A DNA stretch of 62,886 nucleotides, filler included, from Octopus bimaculoides (Eukaryota), in NCBI RefSeq assembly GCF_001194135.2. It is 7 parts of 7 records of this genome, joined end to end, with 100 filler letters (N's around TTAATTAATTAA, not from the genome) between each part and the next. Parts side by side here need not be neighbours in the genome. Positions count along the whole stretch, not along the records: positions 30,431 to 39,107 come from NC_068987.1; positions 39,208 to 44,806 come from NW_026385159.1; positions 44,907 to 54,319 come from NC_068986.1; 4 more parts are not named here. One strand, written 5' to 3'. This document shows, one piece after another, positions 38,074 to 51,829 of the stretch; positions within the stretch are counted from its first letter, which is position 1; each line of letters starts with the position of its first letter. The position numbers were made by a program, and so were the translations under genes. The notes below the pieces were generated by a model. It searched no databases. It had not been told where the DNA came from and was given only the letters and a program-made list of their open reading frames with translations.

Positions 38074-38078
<5 letters not shown>
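37990..38078 (+). other. Long hairpin (32-bp stem, ~25-nt loop)
   Basis: TATATGCAGTTAAGTCTATGTTCGGTCATAGA pairs with TTTATGATCGGACATAGACTTAACTGCATATA. All three non-Watson-Crick positions are G-U on the + strand. Confidence 0.85.
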
Positions 38079-38113
<35 letters not shown>

Positions 38114-38114
38114 T

Positions 38115-38179
<65 letters not shown>

Positions 38180-40581
38180 CAATAAGAAAATGGAGGGGAT
38201 TAATAGGTAGTATTCATCAACTTGCAGACATTGTATTGTGTCAATTTACTTGTTTATTTTTTTTACTAAAAGGATAATAATAACAATATACAAACACATG
38301 TGACATATTATGTCATATCACTAATTATAAAAATGACATATAGTGACGGAAAATGGGATAATATCTTACAGTCGAGGTGACATGCCTTATTCTATCTTTA
38401 TCACTCCAGTAGACTGAAGTAATTAATAGATGAAATAGATGCAATAGAGGTACATGGATGATTCTCTAGGCCTCTTCAGAGATTTTATAAAGTTCATAAG
38501 GTTAAGTTAAAAATATGAAAATATGAATATATAAAAACCGTAAAAACCCACATATATATGCATACTTTTACATATACATAGATATGCATAAATAAACATA
38601 AATACATATATGTATATATAAATTTACATACAAAAATATCCATACATGCACACAAATGAATCAATCTGTTGCGTTTGGAATGGAGGACTGGTGCATTAGA
38701 TCGTATCGTTATAATTCCAACAAAATGTCCAAACCCGTATATATTTTTTTTCACATCAAAAACCTATGAGGTACGTACGTATTAGTTGTGTTTGTAATGG
38801 AGGAATTTATACAAATAGTTCGTGAGAATTCTAACAATAATATCCAAACTTCTATAAACCTATGATGAGTTACTCCGTTATTGTTTTGTTTATGGAGTAG
38901 TTGGAATCTTGCTGGTAGTGGGGAGGGGTTATTTTTGCTGTTCAGTCCCCTCATCTAGTTGGTTATCTATTGTTTTAAAATGTATTGACCTAGCTAGGGT
39001 TGCACAACCAATAACCGGTAAAATGAGTTAGGCATAAATATATATATACATATACACATACATACATATACATTCATATATATACGTACACATATACCCC
39101 CCCCCCCNNNNNNNNNNNNNNNNNNNNNNNNNNNNNNNNNNNNNNNNNNNNTTAATTAATTAANNNNNNNNNNNNNNNNNNNNNNNNNNNNNNNNNNNNN
39201 NNNNNNNATATATATATATATATATATATACATATATATACGTATATACACACACTCACACACACATGTATATCGATATATATAAATTAATGAATATATT
39301 AATAAATTTGTATATAGCTTTACTTGCGTGGGCACACACACAGACACACGTGCGTGCGCACACGCACACACATACGCACAGACAAATATGCACACATAAA
39401 TTCATTTATATATTAAAATCTATTCTTCTTTGTACCTCTTCGTCTTTGTTTAAATTTATTTAATTATTCGTCTGTATATTTGCATATTTCGATGTTCGCA
39501 TATTTCAATACCTACATATATATTCACATATATACATCTACAAACATATTATATATATATATATGAAGAAAAAAGTGGTTCTTTTAAATAACATCCTATG
39601 ACAACTTTCTGATTTATAGAAATTGTCTTCGCTTTCAGGTCAGTGGCCTCTCTGACTTATCTCTCCTCTTTCATATCTCGTTCAATTTCTGTGTATTACT
39701 TTGTTCATACTTCAGTACGACCGTGTTTAACTTATATCTAAGCGTCTCGCTTGTGTACGATAATATGGAAAACAAGACGTCTGGTAATGATACTTCATTA
39801 TAAGCTACAGCTAAACATATATGGCTATATTTATACAAAAGATTGTTGAAGGCCACCGACGAGTTATATTGTATCATCTCTGTTGAAGGCCAATCCTCTC
39901 GAAACAGACTTGTAAAACGTTATGATCCTCCTGGGAAAACTATGCTTCGGTACAGAAGTTCACACAAAGGATCTTGCAATCCAATTCAAAACGAAATAAG
40001 AACGTGTATGTGCGCACGTGTGTATCAGCATGCATGTAAATTCACACACGCGCGCGAGCATGCGCACACACACACACGCATATATATTGACGAGTGGGTA
40101 CGGTTGAGTNNNNNNNNNNNNNNNNNNNNNNNNNNNNNNNNNNNNNNNNNNNNNNNNNNNNNNNNNNNNNNNNNNNNNNNNNNNNNNNNNNNNNNNNNNN
40201 NNNNNNNNNNNNNNNNNNNNNNNNNNNNNNNNNNNNNNNNNNNNNNNNNNNNNNNNNNNNNNNNNNNNNNNNNNNNNNNNNNNNNNNNNNNNNNNNNNNN
40301 NNNNNNNNNNNNNNNNNNNNNNNNNNNNNNNNNNNNNNNNNNNNNNNNNNNNNNNNNNNNNNNNNNNNNNNNNNNNNNNNNNNNNNNNNNNNNNNNNNNN
40401 NNNNNNNNNNNNNNNNNAAAAAATCAGTTCGTTTTTTTGTGCTTTGTTTATGTTCCCGTTCCTTATTTTTGTCCACGTTTTTTTGACGTCTTGTACCCGG
40501 ATATGCATCTATATATACATGTGGATGTAGGTATGTACATATATGTATGTATATATGCATATGTTCACATATAATTTGTAT

Positions 40582-40643
<62 letters not shown>

Positions 40644-41653
40644 TAACAGAAGCATTAAAACAAACCACATATATTTCATATACAATTGTGTTCACTAGCT
40701 GTTTCATTAAGTTAAACACCACGAAATCTATAATGACAACGACATAGTTGCAATACATTATTAAATTAAATTAAATTAAATTGTAACAAATAAATTTAAA
40801 AGTAATATTTACCTAAATCCTCAGGAGTGCTACGTTAATTTAATCGGGAAATTGTTACTGATTTAATTATTAAATACCATTAAAATTAATAGCGTATTTC
40901 AGATTAACATAACATTCTTGATTATTTGAGTAAGTAGTATTATTTGTCTTGATATAATTCAAACTTGTTCCAACCATGTAATTATTAATGTTTTTGGGGT
41001 AATGTATTAATGAAACAGATGTTGAGCGCATATAAAAATGGAACTCTATGTAACACATGCTCTTCTACTCTCATGCTTAATATGTGGCTACTAAAGATAG
41101 TTTTCGTCGATTTTTTTACTTGTACTGTTAAGTATTAGGTTGGCAACTAAGTTCCCACCGCTTTTTTAAATTTTGGAATTTATTGCGGTTTTTAAATTTT
41201 GGTAGATATTTCTATATACGTACCGGATATAAATACAGAAATACACACACACGCACGCACATATACACACACATGAAACTACACACATACATACATACAC
41301 ATGCAAACAAACAATTACATAACCACACATAAGCATTTATGAGTCTTTGTGATACATATATACTTTTGGGTGACACGTGTACAGGTACTTTCGTGTGAGT
41401 AAACATGTGGCTGTGTCTTCAATATATATTAGCAAGATCATGGCAGCAGAGATTTCTAGATAAAAAAAATAGAGATTATATATTGTCAGACAGTATCAAT
41501 GATTAATTCATAAAAGCACTGAAAGTAATATACAGTCGCGAACAGCAACCAAAGACGTATATAAAACATACATACATACAATGCGTATGTGAACGCATAT
41601 ATATAGATATATGTACATATATGTGTGTATATATATAGATGTATGTACATGTG

Positions 41654-41703
<50 letters not shown>

Positions 41704-42326
41704 TATGTACACGTAAAGAGATAGAGAGAGAGGAGGAGGAAGGTTGAGAAATCTTATAAGTATGTGTAAAATGGATGCTCACCTTTGCAATCCCTTATTC
41801 AGGAACAGACAAACTGTCTCCAAAATTTACAGTTATCTTACATCAAATATTTCTGATTAAATGCGCGCATATACACGCATGTACAAGCTCGCATACACAC
41901 GTGTACACGCACGCTAAACATATATATACATGCATACGCATAAGCATACACGTAGGTACTACGCACAGACCCAGACATACATTTATATACATGAATAGAG
42001 GGAGAAATCGTGATGTAGTGTTGAAGATAGTAACACACTAACACGCACGCTTAAATAAGCCATAGATCATAGCGACGATGTACGCATGCTCACACGCTAC
42101 AGGATTTGAATTTATAGCTACGCAGAACAGAATACATTCTCTTATATGCTTGTATTTGTTGAATGCTCTTATTGTGAAATGTTCATGTTGTACCTGTTTG
42201 TGTTGTTGCTGGTGCCGCCATTGTTGTTGTCATATTTGTTGGTATTGATGGGTTTTTTTTTCAACAAGAAATGGTTTTGTACAGGAGTCCAATGCTCAAA
42301 TGTTCTCGTCGAATTCGACCTAAATG

Positions 42327-42370
<44 letters not shown>

Positions 42371-43013
42371 NNNNNNNNNNNNNNNNNNNNNNNNNNNNNN
42401 NNNNNNNNNNNNNNNNNNNNNNNNNNNNNNNNNNNNNNNNNNNNNNNNNNNNNNNNNNNNNNNNNNNNNNNNNNNNNNNNNNNNNNNNNNNNNNNNNNNN
42501 NNNNNNNNNNNNNNNNNNNNNNNNNNNNNNNNNNNNNNNNNNNNNNNNNNNNNNNNNNNNNNNNNNNNNNNNNNNNNNNNNNNNNNNNNNNNNNNNNNNN
42601 NNNNNNNNNNNNNNNNNNNNNNNNNNNNNNNNNNNNNNNNNNNNNNNNNNNNNNNNNNNNNNNNNNNNNNNNNNNNNNNNNNNNNNNNNNNNNNNNNNNN
42701 NNNNNNNNNNNNNNNNNNNNNNNNNNNNNNNNNNNNNNNNNNNNNNNNNNNNNNNNNNNNNNNNNNNNNNNNNNNNNNNNNNNNNNNNNNNNNNNNNNNN
42801 NNNNNNNNNNNNNNNNNNNNNNNNNNNNNNNNNNNNNNNNNNNNNNNNNNNNNNNNNNNNNNNNNNNNNNNNNNNNNNNNNNNNNNNNNNNNNNNNNNNN
42901 NNNNNNNNNNNNNNNNNNNNNNNNNNNNNNNNNNNNNNNNNNNNNNNNNNNNNNNNNNNNNNNNNNNNNNNNNNNNNNNNNNNNNNNNNNNNNNNNNNNN
43001 NNNNNNNNNNNNN

Positions 43014-43051
<38 letters not shown>

Positions 43052-44768
43052 TGAATGTATGTATGTATGTATGTTTATATATGTATGTACATATATGTAT
43101 TTAATATATATGTATGCATACATATATATATTTATGTATGTATAAACACACGTATATTTATGTATATGTATATTCAAATGTGTACGTGTGCGTGTATTTT
43201 TGTGTGATTGTATGCTCTACGCATGTATGTATATTTTAATTTTTCTTTCCTCAACATGAATGTCAACGAGCTTGTGAACGCTGCTGACCTTAAATAACTT
43301 TTTTTATGAATATTCAAGGAACCAAAAGTGTAAAAAAAAAAACCTTTTCTTCTGAAAAGGGCGAACAACGACAAGTGATCCACTACTGCATAACAAAGAC
43401 TTTTATGTGGAGGAATTTTTCACTCCTTATATATATATTTTTATTCTTTCTCCACAAATAAATGCCATCAACGAATTTTTTACCATTTCATAAAGTTCCA
43501 TAATTTTCAGTTGTTCTCACTTATTTAGATTTCGTTGCCATTGTTGCTTTTGTTTTTCGTAATTCTGGCTCAGTTACAGATACAGAGAGTACACGAAACA
43601 CACACACACTCACATACACACGCACACACAAACGTACACACATGCACGTAGACGCACAGTCATACACGCATACGCCTAGACGCACAATCATACAAGCATG
43701 CGACAGCAGCCGCTTTATCTTTCTATCTTTCTATATTTTTATCTCTTTCTTTCCTCTCCCTCTCTTTCATTCTGTCTTTCGTGTTTGATTTTGCAATAAA
43801 TATACATCCTATTCGTTCATAGATTGAGAGTCAAATATTTGATAAGTACGTGCGGCTCTGTGTGTGTGTGTGGCTTTGTTCACTTCCCTATAACATAAGA
43901 GTTTGGCAGAGAAGATGACTGAGTAAGTACCAGGAATATATACAGGCCTTGCATTTGTTTAACAAAATTCCCTTAGGGTGATACCCCATTATGCTCGCAG
44001 TCCACTGAGAAAAACATAGACAATTTATGTATTGCCGAAATATCCCCATTAAAACAATTAAATATTCATTTGGTACAAGAGTTTATAATGTAACTGTTGA
44101 AAGAAAAACTGCTGTCTCATACAAATGCACTTCCATATACACGCATGCTTGTGTGTGTTTATGTTTGTGTTTTATTATGTCCAGTGACCTAGCGATACAA
44201 CAAACAGAAATCACTAAAATCGATAACAGTTCGAATAATAATAGCCGTGCGTAGATTCATCAAAACCTTTAAGTGTAGTGACCCAAATTGGCGGCTGTGG
44301 AATTATTGGATCATAGAAATACTAACCATATATTGTCAATCGTCTTACTTTGGCATATATACATGCATGTACATACGCACTACACACACACACACATACA
44401 CACGTGTGTGTGTGTGTCTGCCTGTTTCTCTATTTCTGTGTGTATGTGCATGTAAAGTGAAAGTATATATTTTTTGTATCGTTTATTTATTTCCGTGATT
44501 AGACTGCGGCCACACTGGAGCACCGCCTTGAATTTTAGTTGGATTAATCAGCCCCAGTACTTATTTTTTTAAGCCTTGAACTTATTCTGTTGTTCTCTCT
44601 TGCCGACCGCCAACTTACGGCTACGTAAACACACCAGCACCGGTTGTCAAGCGCTGATGGAGGTGGGGCAATCCCAGGCATAAAGACACAGACACAAACA
44701 CACACACATACACGCACGTACGAACATAACCACACACAAACACACACACACACACACACACACACAAA

Positions 44769-44806
<38 letters not shown>

Positions 44807-44906
44807 NNNNNNNNNNNNNNNNNNNNNNNNNNNNNNNNNNNNNNNNNNNNTTAATTAATTAANNNNNNNNNNNNNNNNNNNNNNNNNNNNNNNNNNNNNN
44901 NNNNNN

Positions 44907-45130
44907 AGTGGCGGACAAAAAACAAGGCAGGAAAACAAATAGAAAAGGCTTTATGGCCAGACGAGAAAAATTATGTGTGTATGAACGCTGTGAGGCACGA
45001 ACTTGAAAGTGAGGACGAAGTAAGTTCGCGTGTTTGCTCGGCGATAGCCAAGGAAGAAAAGGATTATTGACCGGAAGCATGTGACCATGCCGGTGTAAGG
45101 GGAAGTGAGAGAGAGTGGTAGAGGGAGAAA
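44907..45130 (-). mobile_element. Possible Penelope-like element 3' end
   Basis: Minus-strand remnant R..T..VLTFKFVPHSVHTHIIF resembles the PLE terminal RE..LIF.L....P.G.N..F motif. Weak. Confidence 0.35.
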
Positions 45131-46227
45131 CAAAGGGAGGAAGTAGAAGAATAGGTGAGCAACGAGAGGAAAAGAGAAAGAGAGGAAGTACGAGGGGGAA
45201 AAGAGAGATACGTAGTAGTAACACAGGAAGAACGAGAGGGGTAAAGCGAGATACGTAGTAGAAAAGAGGAAGAATGAGAGGGGGAAAATGATAGAGGAAG
45301 AGAAAGAGAAAGAGATAGAGTAGCGTCGGAAAATATGAAGTTACGAAAAACTACTTACAATTGGAGACGCTGCGTTCAATCATGTAAAAACAAATAGTAA
45401 AAGAGTATATGCATATATACGTACAGGTATGTGCATACCGACATCCACCTGTATGTATAGGTGCATATCTGGGTACAGGACATTGCAAACAAAACGTAGA
45501 CGAGAAAACACACAAGCCGCATAGAGAACATTCTTCTTCATCAGCTACCCCCGTTTTAACACCGGCGTTTCGAAGGGCTGGGCAGGACGCATCGTTAAAA
45601 CGGCTCTTCCCATGGACCGCAAATTAAATTTGTATGCACAAATCNNNNNNNNNNNNNNNNNNNNNNNNNNNNNNNNNNNNNNNNNNNNNNNNNNNNNNNN
45701 NNNNNNNNNNNNNNNNNNNNNNNNNNNNNNNNNNNNNNNNNNNNNNNNNNNNNNNNNNNNNNNNNNNNNNNNNNNNNNNNNNNNNNNNNNNNNNNNNNNN
45801 NNNNNNNNNNNNNNNNNNNNNNNNNNNNNNNNNNNNNNNNNNNNNNNNNNNNNNNNNNNNNNNNNNNNNNNNNNNNNNNNNNNNNNNNNNNNNNNNNNNN
45901 NNNNNNNNNNNNNNNNNNNNNNNNNNNNNNNNNNNNNNNNNNNNNNNNNNNNNNNNNNNNNNNNNNNNNNNNNNNNNNNNNNNNNNNNNNNNNNNNNNNN
46001 NNNNNNNNNNNNNNNNNNNNNNNNNNNNNNNNNNNNNNNNNNNNNNNNNNNNNNNNNNNNNNNNNNNNNNNNNNNNNNNNNNNNNNNNNNNNNNNNNNNN
46101 NNNNNNNNNNNNNNNNNNNNNNNNNNNNNNNNNNNNNNNNNNNNNNNNNNNNNNNNNNNNNNNNNNNNNNNNNNNNNNNNNNNNNNNNNNNNNNNNNNNN
46201 NNNNNNNNNNNNNNNNNNNNNNNNNNG

Positions 46228-46550
46228 GTTTCGATACTCAGACCGGGCGTTATGAGTGTTTATTGAGCGAAAACACCTAAAACTCCACGAGGCAGGGGAT
46301 GGTGGCGAACCCTGCTGTACTCTTTCACCCCAACTTTCTCTCACTCTTACTTCCTGTTCCTGTTGTGCCTGTAATTCAAAGGGTCAGCCTTGTCACACTC
46401 TGTCACGTTGAATCTCCCCGAGAACTACGTTAAGGGTACACGTGTCTGTGGAGTGCTCAGCCACGTGTACGTTAATTTCACGAGTAGGCTGTTTCGTTGA
46501 TCGGATCAACTGGAACCCTCGACGTCGTAAGCGACGGAGTGCCAACAACA
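46228..46550 (+). mobile_element. tRNA-derived SINE, further family
   Basis: Starts at B-box-like GGTTTCGATACTC and ends ...GATCAACTGGAACCCTCGACGTCGTAAGCGACGGAGTGCC(AAC)n. A partial copy lies at about 37490-37620. Confidence 0.65.
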
Positions 46551-48022
46551 ATGTATGTATGTCATTATTCAGTTCATTTCAAGACTTCTTGCCAATGGAG
46601 AAAGAACCGGTTTCTAACCTAGATCCAAGGTTCCTTCATTGGGATTTCAACATCAACAACAGGGTATGTATCTATGTATCTATGTATGTATGTATGCATG
46701 TATGTATGTGTATACATATATACATATATATATACTTTTATTTTTATTCTTTTATTTGTTTCAGTCATTTCACTGCGGCCATGCTGGAGCACCGCCTTCA
46801 GTCGAACGAATCGATGGTAATAAGTTGCCAAAATACTGCAAAACTTTCGACTCAACATTATATATATATGCACTATATGATACACACACACACACACACA
46901 CACACAACATACGCTCACATACAACACACTCACACACACACACACACACACAACATACACTCACACACAACACACTTACACACACACTAATATGCACACA
47001 GGCATACTTAATGTTAATCTCGGATGAGTTGGCTAGCGTCAATCGCACGAAGCGAGATTAACATCGAGTATGCCTGTGTGTGTCTGTAGGCATATGTATG
47101 CATGTATATACATGAGCGCGTGCGCACACACATATTTGTATACATATATATATATACACACACACACGCAGTGGCATAGTAAATGTTAATCTCAGATGAG
47201 TTGATTAATGTCAACCGCACGAAACGTCTACATACATATAAATGCATGTTGGTGACACACATGGTAATTTTCTCATACCCAACAGTCTCATGCTTTTGAA
47301 ATGTAAAGTAAGATGAATAAGTAATCATATTTACCAACACACCATTATTAAAAACTCCACGCAGCTGTGTTCTAAGGTACTTTAATAACTCTGCGTTTCT
47401 GCAAGTTAATAATAAAACCTGGTTTGTGTCACCAGAATGTAATGATTTCCTCCGCCTATGGTTCCTAGTGTGCTCTCTCCGGATATTTATTGGATTAAAT
47501 CTTGAAGCGGTTATTTATTTTAAAATGCCATTTCTGACAAAGAGCTTGCTCATTATATATGCTGACGTGTTGATTAAAAGAATTTTATTTCGTTCACCTG
47601 CTTTCTTTTTTTTTTTTTTTTTTTTTTCCTGTAGATCAAAATATCTTAGAAGGATTCAGGGATGAATGTTTTGCCTCTCTCTTTCTCTCACTCTCTTATT
47701 TTATTTTTTCTACCTCTCCCATACATTCATACATATCCTCCCATCCACCCATCCTTTCATCCATTCACCCATCCATCTTACGTGTGCACAATCATACATA
47801 GTACTGACACACACACATACACAGACATGCACACACGCACACACGCGCGCGCGCACACGCACGTACACACACATACACAAACACGCATACACACACACTT
47901 ACACACATACACGCACACACACGTACGACAATCCAGAAATCGGAAGTAGCGTTGTAAATTGACATTCTGATCATCAGACGGAATCGATCGCCCACGTATA
48001 GCTCGTAATATAATTACATAGA

Positions 48023-48077
<55 letters not shown>

Positions 48078-48086
48078 CATCTATCC

Positions 48087-48119
<33 letters not shown>

Positions 48120-48156
48120 GTTATGTACAATCAATGCATATATGCATATACATACT

Positions 48157-48809
48157 ATAAGGTGTGTTATGAGCATTTACAGAACACGTATTCTACATAA
48201 ACTCAACAAACGAATGAAGATGGAGAAGAGAAGGTGTTGAAAGTTTTATAAAATTTTAATCCGTTCCGAACGGTAATATTAAACATGTAAGAAAGATGGA
48301 AAAAATAAAATATTAATTTAATTATAATTAATTAAATTTAATTAATTATAATTAGATCAATTACATATTACCGTTCTCCTCAGTGCGAACGAAGAATACA
48401 TCAAATAGAATATATCAGAGGAATATTATATTGTTACAGAAGACAAGATGGAGTGAGTGTCATATAACATGTTCGGATATTCATAATATGACTATGAAAG
48501 ATGAAAGATAAAAACATGCTTAGGTAGTGTTGAGTCTTGTTGTGTAAGAACTATAACTGATGCGGCTAACGAATATTTGGAAATACAAGTGAAAAATATT
48601 TAAGAAACACTCTCTCTATGTGAAGTTAAGTAATATAGTGATATTCATTCCATATAAAGCATTTATCCTAAGAATATTACCGTTCGAAACGATCGTATGC
48701 ATGGATAAAAATTTTGATAAAACTTTTAACACCTTTTCTTCTCCATCTTTAATTGTTTGTTGAGTTTATATAGTATACGTGTTCTATAAATGCTCATAAC
48801 ACACCTTAT
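48157..48809. mobile_element. Fold-back / long-TIR non-autonomous DNA element
   Basis: Arms 48157-48280 and 48673-48809 are inverted repeats with high similarity (ATAAGGTGTGTTATGAGCATTTA(C/T)AGAACACGTA...GAACGGTAATATT). No coding interior. Confidence 0.75.
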
Positions 48810-49063
48810 TCTTGTAACATTTTCATATTAAAAAAAAAAAACAATAGTAAGCTGCCAATTTAATATAAAGAATCTTTATTAGAAATGTAACCTTGGAATC
48901 CCCGAAAGTAAAGGATGAACTTGAACTGAACCTTTTCTCACATATATTTCTATGTATATGCATATATATAAATATATAGTTGAAATTTACAGAAAAACAA
49001 AAGACGAAAACATGTGTATAAACAAGAAGGTGTATTAGTTTGACGCTCAGGAAGGTGATAAAG

Positions 49064-49101
49064 TCTTTTACGTTTCGAGTCTACGCTCTTCAACAGAAAG
49101 G
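49064..49101 (-). ncRNA. Minimal type-I hammerhead-like motif, second copy of the 30.5-kb family
   Basis: Minus strand CCUUU-CUGUUGA-A-GAG cguaga CUC-GAAAC-GUA-AAAGA. Confidence 0.55.
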
Positions 49102-50035
49102 AACACGATGAAATAAACTGAGAGAGAATGTATGTGTGTGTATACATATATACATGCATGCATACATACATACGTACGTAGTACATACATACGTACGTAG
49201 TACATACATACATGTATATATATNNNNNNNNNNNNNNNNNNNNNNNNNNNNNNNNNNNNNNNNNNNNNNNNNNNNNNNNNNNNNNNNNNNNNNNNNNNNN
49301 NNNNNNNNNNNNNNNNNNNNNNNNNNNNNNNNNNNNNNNNNNNNNNNNNNNNNNNNNNNNNNNNNNNNNNNNNNNNNNNNNNNNNNNNNNNNNNNNNNNN
49401 NNNNNNNNNNNNNNNNNNNNNNNNNNNNNNNNNNNNNNNNNNNNNNNNNNNNNNNNNNNNNNNNNNNNNNNNNNNNNNNNNNNNNNNNNNNNNNNNNNNN
49501 NNNNNNNNNNNNNNNNNNNNNNNNNNNNNNNNNNNNNNNNNNNNNNNNNNNNNNNNNNNNNNNNNNNNNNNNNNNNNNNNNNNNNNNNNNNNNNNNNNNN
49601 NNNNNNNNNNNNNNNNNNNNNNNNNNNNNNNNNNNNNNNNNNNNNNNNNNNNNNNNNNNNNNNNNNNNNNNNNNNNNNNNNNNNNNNNNNNNNNNNNNNN
49701 NNNNNNNNNNNNNNNNNNNNNNNNNNNNNNNNNNNNNNNNNNNNNNNNNNNNNNNNNNNNNNNNNNNNNNNNNNNNNNNNNNNNNNNNNNNNNNNNGAAA
49801 CTGAAAGAAGCCTGTTGTATATATATTTGTGTGTCTGTGACTGTATTTGTCCCTCTACCATCGCTTGACAACCGATCTTGGCGTGTATGCGTCCTTGTAA
49901 CATAGCGGTTCGGCATAAGATACCGATAAAATAAATACTAGGCTTACAAAGAATAAGTCCAGGGTCGATTTCTTCGACTAAAAGGAGTGCTCCAGCATGG
50001 CCACAATCGAAATGACTGAAACAAGTAAAAGTGAA

Positions 50036-50074
<39 letters not shown>

Positions 50075-50081
50075 GCATATA

Positions 50082-50844
50082 CGGTGTGATGTGTAAATTG
50101 TCGCCATGTCATATTTCTAATTTCGCGCATGCGCTAGGTTGGTTTTTGATTTTGTCGATTACATATATAGTAGGGTCTGTTGGGCACCGCGTATAAGAAA
50201 AATAACACTATGACGCAATTCGCTCTACTAATGTGATAAAGATCAAAATCCAGCTAACATCATGGTGTGATCACTATTGATGACAACGTTATGCCTCCAT
50301 TCATCTTCCCACGTTTTTCTCAGACTCAACACGAAGGCCTGCATCAAGTGCCTGGAGGAGGTAGTGCTGTTCCGGGTCAAGAGGGTGGCTGCTGGAAGAC
50401 CCCATGTCTGGCAACAGGACTCTTCACCATGCCACACAAGCAGGAGAACTCAGTCACGGTTGTCAGACAATTTGTGCGACCACATCACACCTAACATCTG
50501 GCCACCTAACTCCCCAGACTGCAACCCCTTTGATCATTATGTGTGGGATGCAGTTGAGCCAGACCCCAACAAAACTCCTTGTAACACCAAAGATGAACTG
50601 AAGGCAAAGATTATGGCAGCATTCACCAACTTAAACAAGGAGACCGTCCAGAAGAGTTACAGGAGATTCCAAAGCCATCTGAAGGTCGTGGTTGAAGCCA
50701 AGGACGACTTCATTGAATAAATTTGCTCTTTAATATTTCAAGATATATTTATGTAAATTTTGATAAATATATCTGTTAAAATGAAATGTCGGAGTTATTT
50801 TCATTTCTGTGTAATTTAGACGACAATGTATTCACCGCTCCTTG
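50082..50844 (+). mobile_element. Non-autonomous DD37D (maT-like) element, copy 2
   Basis: TA-flanked. QQDSSPCHTSRRTQSRLSDNLCDHITPNIWPPNSPDCNPFDHYVW has exactly 37 residues between the 2nd and 3rd Asp. Large 5' internal deletion. Confidence 0.9.
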
Positions 50845-51069
50845 TATATATATATATATATATATATATNNNNNNNNNNNNNNNNNNNNNNNNNNNNNNN
50901 NNNNNNNNNNNNNNNNNNNNNNNNNNNNNNNNNNNNNNNNNNNNNNNNNNNNNNNNNNNNNNNNNNNNNNNNNNNNNNNNNNNNNNNNNNNNNNNNNNNN
51001 NNNNNNNNNNNNNNNNNNNNNNNNNNNNNNNNNNNNNNNNNNNNNNNNNNNNNNNNNNNNNNNNNNNNN

Positions 51070-51128
<59 letters not shown>

Positions 51129-51242
51129 CACACATACATATATACGTATGTGTGTGTGCCTGCATGTAAATGTGTCTGTATGTGTGTGTATATATACACG
51201 CACATACATATATACAGGTACACACATACGTATATATGTATG

Positions 51243-51279
<37 letters not shown>

Positions 51280-51829
51280 GAGGTGAGAAAGTCATCATAA
51301 AAATTTCTGTAATCTCAATAAATTAGTGTCCATCAATCAGTTAATATATACACTTCACTGCCTTACTCTCATTATTATACACAGAGACTAGCTTTGTATA
51401 CCATGAAAGACGTCAACTTGTAGAAAAATGAAGAACTAGTGTACTAAAACGGCCATTCAAGTAACGAAAGTTGTCTAACATCGGTTTGCTGGTACTGGTG
51501 GAAGTGGGTGGGGGGCGGCGGTGCCTGCGGTGGTAGTGAAAGGTGGTGGTAGTGGTGGTGGTTGAGGTGGTGGTGGTGGTGCAGTCGAATAATAACAAAC
51601 CTGATTTAATTACTTTCGTGACTGGAATCATTAGCAATATGTATATTTATGGAGGAACAGGTCGTAATATGTCCGGGGTATGACAATAAACTGCATCCGG
51701 TGGTGAAACTTCAGTTCGGGTTTTCTGGAGCTGTGGTGGTGGTGGGGGGGGAGGGGAAGGGGCGTGTAGTGACCACCCTCCTCCTTAATATGTATGGAGC
51801 AAAATGTAATTAAAGATGAATATCATAAA

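Noticed and set aside
39671-39877. 68-aa minus ORF and the 87-aa ORF at 56126-56389 as genes
   Set aside because: No known motif, no splice or promoter support, and lengths expected by chance.
39880-39915. CUGUUGA-AGG/CCU-cuc-GAAAC (and CUGAUGA-CACC/GGU-GAGA at about 54735) as hammerheads
   Set aside because: No NUH after GAAAC and no stem I; compatible with chance or extreme decay.
45535-45585. Minus-strand CUUC-GAAAC...CUGAUGA-A-GAAG as a type-II hammerhead
   Set aside because: Stem II pairs, but the triplet is GCC and no stem I can form between the cleavage site and the core in this copy.
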